From NCBI RefSeq assembly GCF_036321535.1, contig NC_087436.1, positions 88,538,001 to 88,602,000 of the forward strand: DNA of 64,000 nt, given 5' to 3'. Made by a program: the position numbers and the translations under genes. Under the pieces are notes generated by a model. It made no database searches, was not told the origin of the DNA, and saw nothing but the letters and a program-made list of their open reading frames with translations. Source of the stretch: Camelus dromedarius (taxonomy: Eukaryota). Positions 14,143 to 25,388 of this stretch are shown one piece after another; the stretch's first letter is position 1, and each line of letters begins with the position of its first letter.

Positions 14143-14614
14143 TGTTGCCGAAGGCAAATCTGTGTGCCCAAGGCACCGTGAGGCCAAACAAATGAAAACA
14201 CCTGAGTTTGGAGCAGAGAGAAGTTTATTGCAGGGCCAAGCAAGGAGGAGAGGGTGACTTATGCTCAAGAAAACCCTGAATTCTTCTATGGGTTTCAGCA
14301 AAGCATATTTAAAGGCCAGGTAAGGGAGTGGGGGGTCACAGGTATCTGATCAGCTGGTGCACGATTCTCTGATTGGTTGATGTTGAGGTAACAGGGCGGT
14401 CAACACCATCAACCCTTAGGCACCAGAAGGTCTGGGGCCACGTGCCCATGACCATCAAGTAGTTTATTCCCTTTGGTGGTGGTTTTTAGCATCTGAAAAA
14501 TTCAGGAAATATACATGAGATACTATTATCTGGGTAGGTCAGACAGGAGCTACAGCAGAGGATCTGGGGGAGGGGTCTGTCCCCGAAGGCTCCACAGGGT
14601 CCTGCTTGGTTATA
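14143..14614 (-). mobile_element. ERV solo LTR
   Basis: Ends tgttgccg...ggttata (degenerate TG..CA), minus-strand AATAAA near 14224, imperfect 4-bp TSD gtag/gcag. Confidence 0.7.
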
Positions 14615-15099
14615 GCAGCAAAGGTTGCAGGTCACCTTGGCCCTTGAATAATGGGCACCATGATAGCGCTTCTGGCTCTCAGTCCAGGTGCTTCCTGAGT
14701 CCTGTCTGAGCCCATGCAGGAGCTCGTGGGCCTTGTCCATACCACATGGGGACTGAGCCTAGTCAGAAAGTTGAAACTATAACTCCGCAGGGGGACCACC
14801 CCCACCGCTGGGTCCTGCTGTATTGGCAGAGTTCATCTCCCCACCGCCGCTTCCCAGGCTTGGGCAGGGGCGTCTGTGAGGTGGCCCCCTGCAGGAGTCT
14901 GAAAGACGAATCACAGCAACACCCCCATCCTTGGCAGTGCCCTCCACCTGGCCCTCCTGCCTCCCTGCTTCCCGCAGCCCCTCTACCACCACTCTTGCTC
15001 TTCCCACAAACCACTGCGCTAGGGGATGTGCGCCTTTCACTTCCTCTTCCTGGCTGGTCCCCACATGTTACAGTGATCTGAGAGCTTTCCAGAAACACT

Positions 15100-15550
15100 G
15101 TTGCCCAGGTCCCAGCTCTTCACCCCTTTCCCGGGTCTGATTTAGCTGCTTTGAGGGGGACCCAGGCCTTGCTGGTCTTATAACAAAACACCCCAAGTGA
15201 TTCTCACACAGGGTTGACAGCCACTGTTCTAGGCCAGTGGTTTACAAACGTCACTGCTTATTAGAATCATCTGGGGAGCTTTTCAAACTCCCAGTGCCCA
15301 GGCTGCACCCTAGACCAATTAAATCAGAATCACGAGGGCAGTATTTTTTTTTTTTTTTAAAGCTCCTTGGGTTATTCCAGTGGCAGTCAAATGTGACAAC
15401 CAGTGTTCTTTGAGGCCTTTAATGTCCATGCAATTGCCTGGGGACTTTGTTAAAAGAGCAGGTTCTGATTCAGTGGGTCTGAGGTGGGGCCTCAGATTCT
15501 TTCTAACAAGCTCCCAGCTGATGCCAAAGGTGCAGGTCTTTGGACCATAT
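15100..15550. mobile_element. Cluster of about three adjacent MER5-family (hAT-Charlie) elements
   Basis: Repeated MER5 hallmarks: ttagaatcatctggggagctt, aattaaatcagaatc, ttctgattcagtgggtctgaggtggggcc, tttctaacaagctcccag. Confidence 0.65.
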
Positions 15551-15976
15551 CCTTCTTCCCAGAGACGTTTGCACCCCCACCCCCGCAGAGCAACAGGACT
15601 CAGAGAGAGGGAGATTGGCTCATGAGTAAATGAAGGTATTTCAATTCTCTTATACCCGTTACGTACTTCCTTGCAGGTGTTGGGGGTTTATCTTCCAAAA
15701 GTCAGCTATAACCTTTATTCTTCCTGTTGTGAAAGTTTAAAATATTCAGTTTCTTGGCTCTCTTGTGGCAAGCATACCCACGTGAGAAAATTCCACGTAA
15801 TGAGATGCAGTGAGAGGCACCTGAAGAGAACATCCCTTCCCGAAGAAAAAACCTGAGTCTCACCAGAAGGAAAACTTTTTGCCTCTTCCTTTTTGGAACA
15901 TGGCTTTGAGAACTGGAGGAGGTATAGTGCCCATCCGTGACTCTGAGGAAAAGGCACGAAGATGAAGGCCCAGGAA

Positions 15977-16554
15977 TGGGGTTGCCAGTTAAAAAACAGG
16001 ATGCCCGGTTAAATTTGAATCTCAGATAAAACAAATTTTTTTTAGTGTGACTGTTGTAGCCTCGTCTTCTGTCATGGTCACCCCCAGAAATGGATGAGCC
16101 CCCGATCCCAAATTTGGTTCAGATGTTGAGTCTGTTGATGTCATAATACAGGCACCAAGAGAATATGAAAAGTTTATAACTCACATAATGAGAGTTTCGG
16201 GGGACATCAGGGAGCAGGCTCCCTAGCAGATCCAAAAATAACTTGAGAGGGCAGGGAGGGGCCACTGCCTTGGGGTTTTGTGGTGGGGGGGGCTGGGCTT
16301 GCGTGGTTTGAACTTCAGCTGGTACCCAAGGAGGGAGCAGCCTTTTTTAACAGTTGACTCACGTGTGGGCAGAAGGGAAAGGGCAGTGATGGGGCTTGAA
16401 AACTGTCATCAGTCAAACATCAAAAAATGGAGTCAGACTGTTACAGTAAGTATGTTCCAAAGATTACATGGACAGATTTATACAGAATTTGTTATTTGTC
16501 TGAAATTCACATTCAGCTGGGCTTTTTGTTGTTGTCGTTAATCTGGCAGCCTTA
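15977..16554. mobile_element. MER53-like palindromic MITE split by an LTR
   Basis: Left half ggggttgccag...ttaaatttgaatctcagataaa at 15977-16051; right half ...tctgaaattcacattcagctggg...atctggcagcctta at 16446-16554. Confidence 0.75.
16052..16445 (-). mobile_element. Solo LTR (ERVL-type, possibly LTR47-like) inside MER53
   Basis: TG...CA ends; the minus strand starts tgtaacagtctgactccattttttgatgtttgact; degenerate 5-bp TSD gtgac/gtaag. Confidence 0.6.
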
Positions 16555-16734
16555 TCTATAGAGCAGAAAGATAAAAAAGCCTGGGTGCCTCCTGGCGCTG
16601 CTGAGCCAATGCACCATCTCTGAATGGTCCACTTCCAGACCCCTTGTTCTGAGACAAACGAATCCCTGTATCTTTCAGCCATTATTAGTCAGACGTTCAA
16701 TTGCCTGAAGCGGAGCCCGTCCCTAAAGGATACA
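16555..16734 (+). mobile_element. MLT1 (MaLR) LTR, 3' part; 5' part at about 15800-15976
   Basis: agagcagaaaga...agcctgggt...cttccagac..cttgtt...ccctaaaggataca resembles an MLT1 3' end. Confidence 0.55.
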
Positions 16735-17061
16735 TCTCTGCTGACTCTGCTGTTGCCAGATTATGTTCAAAGATTGTTGAAATCTGTCTGAGAAATTGAA
16801 AACAGCCACAACCTCAGAATGTGCGTATATTTCAGCACTTAAAAAAAACAACTTTGCAGTTGGGATGTGACTTTTACGGGGGAGGGGGGTCTTAGATCTG
16901 TTGTCCTCAACCCTGACAGCATATTAACATCACCTGGGGAAGCTTCTAACAAGTATTGTTGCGCAACACCCCCCTTCAGATGTTCTCTTTAATTGGCCTG
17001 GGGTGGGGCTCAGGCACAGTCCTTTAAAAAAGCCTTCTCAGGTGGAAGAGTTGCCTGTAGA

Positions 17062-17590
17062 TGTAACCAGTGTCCACGTTCTTACCCCATCCCGGAAAGA
17101 ATTCAGAGACAAGACAAGAAGAAAGTAAAGTGGGGATGTATTAAGGGATGGATAGTGCACTCTCAAGGGGAGAGCGGGCAGGCTCAGGTGAGCGGCGGGC
17201 CCCGAGTTTCTTTGGCAAGTTGGTTACATACGGTGTGAAAATGAATGGGCGGAGCATTCACTGGGGAGGGAAGGGTTTGGGGTTGTATTCCTTGATTTTC
17301 ATCCCAACTCCACCTTCTCCAAGGGAGGAAGGATTTTTGTCCTTATTTTGTCTGGATGGGAAGTGTCATGGCATCAGTGCATTATGGCTACTTCTAATCT
17401 GCAAGGCTAATTTTATTGAAATGAGGGCATAATGATCAAAAGGTTACATTTGGACAGTGGAGATTCCTGCCTTTTCCCACCTTTCTTTGTTGGTCTCTAG
17501 GCCTGTTGTCACCCCAAAAGTTGTGACCACTTAGCCCAGAGGTTCCTGCTTTTCTTTCTCTGCCCAGGGACCCCTGGTGCTTACATGACG
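17062..17590 (-). mobile_element. Probable ERV solo LTR
   Basis: Starts tgtaacc after a MER5 fragment (about 16897-17043), has LTR-like organisation and retains CpGs. TSD unclear. Confidence 0.5.
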
Positions 17591-20529
17591 TATAGTTTCC
17601 TGCATTTGGCCTGTGTCCCTCCTTTCTGTCCAGCTCCTGCCATTTGACCTCTGCCCTCCTTTCTCTGCTCATATCTAGCTCTGTGCTTGTTCTAACAAAA
17701 GTAGTGTAAAGTCAGGGCTAAAAATCATTGCACTAGATAAAATACTCTCTGTGTGCAGAGATACGTTTATTCTGGGCCAAGGCTTCTCATTAAAAGGTGG
17801 AACAAAGGGAGAAACATGTCTCATCAGTATCTGACGAGTAACAGCTGTTCAGCAGGCGGTCCCTTACCAAGCCAGCCTGCCCGCCAGTTCCCTGAGTCAG
17901 CCACCAGCGTGGCTAGGGAATCGAAGCTAAGGAGAGTGGGGGGAAGACAGTGCCTTTTTACAAAGAGCTAGAAATCCAAAGGCAGGGAGTTTGCAGCTTC
18001 TCACCTGATGGCTGTACTACCAGATCTCTGGGGAAGATAGTAAAGGTGCCAAGAAATTGGCAGAGAATTCTACTCTCTCTGTCCCGTTGGGGGTACCACA
18101 CGGCATGCAGAATTCCATGAAACCTCAGGAGACAGCCATTAGATTTAGAAATAATTCTATAAATAATTCTGTTATGTGGAGTCTGCTGGTTGACTGGGGG
18201 AAAATGTAAGTCAGGTGAGTTTACTGGTGACTTTGGAAGTAAGCCTCATTTTCTGATCAGCTTGGGAACCAGATTGGACGTGTTTCTGTTCAGCTGCGTG
18301 TTTTAGACCTCAGCCTTCATGTCTCATTGCCCGTTCTGAAGTCACCACCTTTCAGAGACACTGGACACACATATGTGTTTGGCGGAGGCGTTTAACCTTC
18401 ATTCTGTTGAACCGTAAATTATCCCGATGTTGTGAAAGTAGAACTTGTGCTCCTGCTGTGCAGACCGGCTCCATCCAGCCCCAGCTACTCCACACTGGGC
18501 AGCAAAACAATAATATAATGCTTGATCTTGTTTGACTAGTTCCTCCACACTTTTTTTTTCCCCTGGCTGTGGGCTAATCTCCCATCAGCAGGCACCTCCC
18601 AGTAAGAAGTGAACTGCTGTGTATAACCTGAATTGCCTTGAATTCCTTCAGTCCGCCTGATTCTAAACCAGTTTGGTTCTCACAGTGAAACCACATTGTG
18701 ATGCCATCGATATTGGTCCTCCTTTTTGCCCAGGTAAACTCAGTCCCACAGCCTCCCTTTGCTGAGTGTCTGTCTGTCTCAGTCCTTGCTGAAAAGACTG
18801 AATCCCTGAATCACTTAAGTTTGCACCCTGCAATCCTGCGATCCCAGAATCTCAAAGCCTTCCCCCACTTTTTTTTTCTGTGCATGCAAGGTTACTCAGG
18901 AGGAATTAAATTCAAATAAGGTAACAAAGGTGAAGTTCAAGGTAGGTAACAAAGGTAAATAAAACCCACTTCTACCCATAAGAGTTTATTTTCTGCCTGT
19001 TTCCTGCAAGGCTTGCGGATTAACACCCGAGCCTTCCCACTCCGTGGTATGAGAAAAATAGTGATCTCTTTTACTCAAATACATTTTTATTTAAACTCTT
19101 CTAGTAATATAATGAAATGTTCATAGTGAAATCAAAGGCAAAAGATAATTGAGAGAGAAGGTGACCTTCTGAGCTGCAGGGCTAGTTTGTCCATTTGTGG
19201 TCTCTGAGACAATCTGTTTTATTTGGCTTGGGCTATGGGATGTCCTTGAGTTTATTTTTTAAGTGTTTGTTAGGCACAGTTAACTCAAGAAGGGGCCATA
19301 TACTTTTACCCAGGATCCATCCCAGGGAAGATTAGAGACTTTATCCACAGATACTAAACAATCAGCGCCCTGTGTTTGGTTTCTGTGGTCCCTATAGAAG
19401 GCATTCACAAAGCAGCCCACAAGCCTTTGGGCCAGGCTGAGTTGCATGCTGGCAGTCAGGAGTCACTGGTGGGATCACAGAAGGCAGAGGGTGGGAGGGG
19501 ATTCTGGGAACGTGGTACTGAGAGCATGGCTCTTACCTCCACTACCAACCCTGTCCGTCTGCTTCCCTCCAGTCAAGTAGTGGCTGGGGACTACACGTGG
19601 CTGGGTGGGAGGGAGGACTGTGTGGTCTTACGAGTGTCTGTGCAGAAAACTGGTGTGAGGCCTTGTCTCCCGAAGGCTGGACAAGCGTGCGAGGCTGACA
19701 GAACTTGGCTCGCAAAGATTCCCATGTGCTCCATCCTCAGCCACAGGGGAAGCTCTACGTGTGAAAACTGAAATGCCTTCTAACCCAAAGCTTTTCTCCC
19801 GTACGAATGATGTTTATGGAGATTCAGTTTTCTCTCAAGAAGGAAGGTTGTTTGTGATTTGTAACTGAAGGGGGACAAGCTCGGCTCTCTCAGAAAGCTT
19901 TTTTTTTGTTTGTTTGTTTGCAACCAAAGCTTTCCGTTGGAAAAATACGTTGTTTATTGTTATAGATAAAATGTAAGCCTCTAACCTAAGCCTACCTCTT
20001 AGAGACTTCCTGTCTACCGCAGCCAGGGCGCTGAAACGCTTGGTGTGTGCGAACACAGCTTGCTGGGGAGGACTGAAGTTGGTTCTGGCTGCTGAGATGA
20101 GTTCCACCAAGGCCTCCTTAGACGTGCCCGCGCTCAGTGGAGTGGGTAGCTTGGGGCGTTGCGGGGCTTGGATTCTGGTCCTCATTGTGGCTGGCCCTGA
20201 GTAACTAGGTGACTTAGGGGACTGCGTACGTTTTCTGTTTCTTCATTTATAAAATGGCAGGAAAGAGAGGGGTGTGGGACACAAGTAAAAAAGAGGCCTT
20301 TTGTACCTAGACAATTCCATACAAACATGAGTTCAGAACAAAACGAGGGAAACTGCCAAAGTCACGGTGATGCAGTTAATACTGAAGCACAGTGTTAATT
20401 AGTTCCATGGTTAGAAGGAAACTCACTGAGGGTTTGTAAATCCAAGTTTTAATGTAATGCAGTGCTACCAAATATTGTTATGCTTTCTTCCTCTCTCTCT
20501 GCTGTTTCAATTTGCTGAGAGTTTGTAAA

Positions 20530-20606
20530 TTTATTAACTGGGGATTGAACCAAGGACCTCGTGCATGCTAAGTGTGTGCTCTACTACTGAGCCCTGCCCT
20601 CACCCC
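20530..20606 (-). mobile_element. tRNA-Ala-derived SINE (vic-1-like), short form
   Basis: The minus strand reads gctcagtagtagagcacacacttagcatgcacgaggtccttggttcaatccccagt, a tRNA-Ala(AGC)-like A/B box region. Confidence 0.8.
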
Positions 20607-20997
20607 TGTAAAAGTCAATTTAAAATAATGCAATGCTACCAAGTATTTTTATAATGCTTTTACTTCTCCGTCTCTTTATTTTTTTTAAATTCTAAACTGA
20701 GGGGAGATTTCATTACACTGACTGCTCGATAAAATTATCAGAAGATAAGACCTTCTCTACCTTTTGTTCAGGTGCCAGATCAGTTATACAGAGATGGTTT
20801 TGTGGAGAGCCTTTTTCTAAAACACAGATTTTAATGTCAAGGAAAATGATGAAGCCAAATTAGGTGAAGTGCAGATTTTTTTCTTAAACCTCAAAACTTG
20901 CTTTTAGTCTCTAAACAGGGATGTTTGTTTCATTACATAAATTTAACTTCAATAAACTAAAACTTGAACTCCAACAAACATAATTAAACCACATTAT

Positions 20998-21003
20998 TTT
21001 ATT
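20998..21003 (-). promoter_or_regulatory. Candidate NIPAL1 polyadenylation signal (3' UTR about 3.1 kb)
   Basis: AATAAA on the minus strand followed about 20 nt later by a GT/T-rich tract (ttatgtttgttggagtt). A second AATAAA lies at 21411-21416. Confidence 0.45.
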
Positions 21004-24000
21004 GCAAAGGAAAAACATACAGAAACATTAATTTAAAATTTGTAAACTTTCTAAAATGAACAGTATTTATAGATTGAAAATATGGAAAGCTTCACTGTCA
21101 TAGTTATTTCAAAATATTTGAAAACATTTCATATATATCCACATAAATTACTTCTCCACAAAGTTTTGTTGGGATGTGATGATTGCATTTAGTTCAGTTT
21201 TACCGAGAAAAATAGATTATTTTTGTCGGAATCATTTTGGGTTGTTGTTGAGATAGTATACTAATGGAATTCATTTTCATTTGGGTTATTAAAAATGAGC
21301 TAAGGTGACACGAATTGAGAAAAGGATGTATGAAAACTGGCAACTAATGGGTCTAACCTATCTAGTAATAAGACTATGAGAATTAAAACACTGATTCAAA
21401 GAAAATAACTTTTATTAAATGCCTCAGTATCAGGCATGATACGGGTGCTTTCCATGTAAATGTATTTGATTGAGCACTCTTAAAACAAAAATGTTAATTC
21501 CATACTGCCAAATCTAAAGGGTTTTATGAACATTCTGCAATCTGAACTAAAAATAAAATCACTAATCATTGACCTAAGAATAAATTGAAAAATAAAATGA
21601 AACTATTGTATTTACAGAATTAGGAAAAGCTTTCAATTTGTCTGTGGAAGGACAGCTTTGTAATCCTTAATGACACATGTACAGATATTCACATAATAAA
21701 TCTTAAGATACCTATGTGACAAAGTATATATATTAAAATATATAAACATCCGAGGCTACCAGTTAAGACTAACACAGTTTGAATACAGAGATCCAGCATT
21801 TTATTCTTCCTTGGACAACATCTTCCTATTTGGGAAAAATTACTCTGGATTTTGGCTTTGTAACATTTTTGGTTTTTCAATGTATTTGCCCATCAGGGAT
21901 TTTTAGAGCTTTTCAAGTGTTTCATTGTTTCTCAACATATTTCAAGTCATTAAATCTTTCTCAGACTTTCCCCTGGGCATACATGTCAACACCAGTTCAT
22001 TTTCCAACCCAGGGTACACATGAGTTCTTCTGTTCCAAGAACCTTCAACCTGGGCACAGTACACTGAGGGCAAAGCAACATTTGACATGAAAATTCAGTA
22101 CTGTGGAGAACCATCCCAGCTGCAGGTTGGATGCCATTAATTTCCTCACCAAGAAGGTGTCCTGAGAAGTCAACAGTTTCAATAAAAAAAAGAATTTCTC
22201 CAACTTTCAAATACTACCTTTTCAGAAAATACTTCTACAGACTTGTGTTCATAGCTTACATATCTGCTATGCAATCAAGGTGAAACAGCAATCAACAGAG
22301 TAAACATGTGTCTGACCTGAGTTATCAACCCATGAATCTTCCATGGATTCTCAATTTTCAAAAGTTTGGAATGCACTGAACTGCACTCAACACTAAACGG
22401 AGACCGTACCACAGAGACCGTACCAGCACTGTAGGAGTGCGATCAGCTCAGGTCATCACCGTGATCATCAGTCATGATTCAGCAGAACTGGGGGGAAATG
22501 CTAAAGTCACCTGAATAGAATTCCAAAGAACAGAATTTACATTATTACCCAGGATCCACACGCTAGATTACAAACAAACAAACAAAACTAATAACATTTG
22601 ATGTTAGTAGAGAGAAATCCAGTCAGCCTGAAGGGTTTTTTTCTGTTTTTTAATGTCACAATTTTTGGGTTGGGATTTTTGTTTTGAGAGAAATAAGCTT
22701 AGTCTAGAAATAGGAATTGATTTCTTCTCCATTAAGTCAATGAGTGATGAGTATCTGTCCGTAAATGTTAAAGACCACCACAGATGTTATTGCTGCTACG
22801 TACTTGGAGACAGGGAAATTTTATGGAGGCTTTAATATGAAAATGTATTTTCGTGTAATAGTCCCTGAGGTCTTAATATTTTGTTTTCCAAGATCTTAAC
22901 TCCCCTTCCTAGCCTCCCAAAACACTTATCAACAAAATGTATGGAAAACATGGTCAGGATGAAATTCAACAGAAAAATACAATTTACCACTTATTGTGGT
23001 AGGATATGTATATTTTTAAAAAGGTTAGTAACTAATTATAATTTCCTTAATAAATGTGAAAGTACCAAATTTCAAGACGACAATTATAACTTATTTAAGT
23101 CTTTCATAAAGATTTTTCTTGTTTCCAGTCCGTGGAAAATCCACCCTTTGGGGATTAAACCTTTGAGAAAAACTGAAGTGTACAGTATAATCCTAAAATA
23201 ATGTAGCAGTTACTTTGTGAAAGTCTTTACATCAACAAGAAAAAATTACCCTTGGGATAACAGGAAAAGTAAAGAACAAAATTAATATAAGGAACTTCAA
23301 AGGTGACATCACTTGGACTTCTCCAGAACTCAATTTTGTCCTATATTGTTCAGGTCTGAGTTAAAAGAACCTGTGAATACAATTGTTTACATTTGTTTTT
23401 GTTTTTGTTTTTGTGAAAAGGAAAATTCTGTTTCATTTACCTAAGATTTGAAATGTTTCTCTCCCTCCTCCATTCTCCCCTTTTTAATTGATAATTAACT
23501 TCTATAATATGTCAATAAATTGCAGTTCATAAGCCCTTCATGGGTACGTGTGTCTTGCACATTCTAGCCCACCAAGGAGCATTTCCAACATGCCTGTTTT
23601 TTTCTTTAATGCTCTACCCTTTAGCTATCTTGTTTAGAAAGAAGTTGTAGAAGGAGGAGGAAGCTTCAATGATCTCACTTCTCAGTTTTAATCATTTGAA
23701 ACTACGACTCATTGGAGAATGATGATTGATAGTCTGCCTATCAGCACACAGTTGAGTTTATCTACTAATTACTGAGAAATTAAGAATAGCAGCCAAAGAA
23801 ATGAAGAGCCACCTGGCAGAGCCAAACATACTGTGCCCAGAAGAAAGAGATTATTGTGAGAGTCATCTAACGCTTTGACTTGTTTTATGCTTAGGAAGTA
23901 TTTCAAGTTTGCAGAAATGAAAAGCAGCAGAAGTCTTCTTTGATTTTCAAATTTGATGTCCAAAAATGAAGGCATTTATGTTTGTCCTCATGTCTAAATT

Positions 24001-24104
24001 ATTAGTTAGAACTTTAAAAATGCCAGCTTTGCTAATAGTTCTTCCAAGAATCAGGTTTTCCTTCTCCTCTCCGAGTGGCTCACAGTGGTCAAAGTTCAGG
24101 CTTT

Positions 24105-24724
24105 CTAGGATCTTTGGTCCTCAGTCCTGTTAAACAAGATAATGTCATCCTCGAATCCTGGGGTTGAACATTCCACATTCTCTAGTAAGACATATTTGTC
24201 TTCGTTGCCATTCAGAGAGAAGACTTCCTTCTGGGTAGTGGATGTCAGGTCACTCCAGGTAATGTCAGTGTTTTTAAAAGCATGTAGAAGGAAGATGCCA
24301 TTGATAATGGTGAAGAACCCACTCAGGGTCCCAATGATATCTCCAGCTTTCATGCCATACCATTCTTGGAATAAGATGGCAGAGCAAGTCACTACCATGG
24401 ACGTGAAGAATACATAATAAATGGGAGTCACAAGAGATGTATTAAAGGTGTCTAGTGCCTTGTTGAGATAGTTAATCTGTGTCGTCACTGAAAGCACAAG
24501 TACAGCCAGCAAAACAAAGACCAGGGGATGCTTGTAAACTGGCTTCCATGCCAAGAGCTCCTTAATGGCAATCCCCAGGCCCTTGACAGAAGACACTGAA
24601 AACGCTCCAATCAATGAACAGATTGAAATATAGACCAATATATTGGTCTGTCCTTTCTTGGGAGCCACAATCAAAATCAGCACCAAGGAGATCACAGTTA
24701 CGATCACAGCAAAGGAGATAAATC
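24105..24724 (-). CDS. NIPAL1: NIPAL1 exon 6, coding part to the stop codon
   Basis: Acceptor taacAG. Translates (G)[31 protein letters not shown]...[10 protein letters not shown]. The six exons sum to 1242 nt, an intact 413-aa frame. Confidence 0.97.
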
Positions 24725-25227
24725 CTGTTAGGAGGAGAAAAGAATTAAACCTCTGAAAACGCTAATAGGATTTGTGAAATCTTGTTAGTTATGGAGCATG
24801 GGTGTGTTCTAGAAAGAGAAGTGAGATTAACTTAAAAACAGCAGTAACAACAGTTTGCCGCATAGCTCTCAGTATTTCACAAGGGACTTTCACAGACATA
24901 TCATCTGAACCTCAGAGATAACACTGTGAGGTACAGCAGAGACTGTTTGACTTTTTATTTCAGAGGGAGGAAGATGCTGTTTGGGTTGGAGTGTAAGTCT
25001 GGCTTCTCCCAACCCCATCCCTTCCTTTCATTCTGCAGAGGAGAAGCTTCGACACAAAGTAAGTCGTGTCACATTTTCAGAAGACTTGAGCTACTCAGTC
25101 AAACCTGAGTGCCTCTCAACCCACAGCTAGGCTTGAAGGAAGCCTATTACAACATTATTACATATTCATTTGATGAGGAGAGAAAGTGGAGCAGAATTTG
25201 AGTGTTTCTTTCGGTTGAATCACAAAC

Positions 25228-25388
25228 CTGGGTCTCTCAATTTCATTTCCATTTCATGCAGAGAAGTGACTTCCTCTTCCTGTGGGGCATGGATAACCAT
25301 CACAGTTGACCCCAATATACTTAATATGCAGCCTATTTTCCCATGAATGTTCAAGTGCTCATTTAAAAAATAGGAAGACAGTATTGCA
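25228..25388 (-). CDS. NIPAL1: NIPAL1 exon 5
   Basis: Acceptor ccacAG and donor GTTTGT; 161 nt. Translates (S)[53 protein letters not shown](G). Confidence 0.97.

Noticed and set aside
16585..16598. CTCF-like motif (minus strand gcgccaggaggcac)
   Set aside because: Two core mismatches, and it lies in a decayed MLT1 LTR; not supportable without ChIP data.
7748..19771. Numerous 60-146 aa ORFs in the TXK-NIPAL1 intergenic region
   Set aside because: No domain similarity or exon structure; many have non-ATG starts or overlap repeats.
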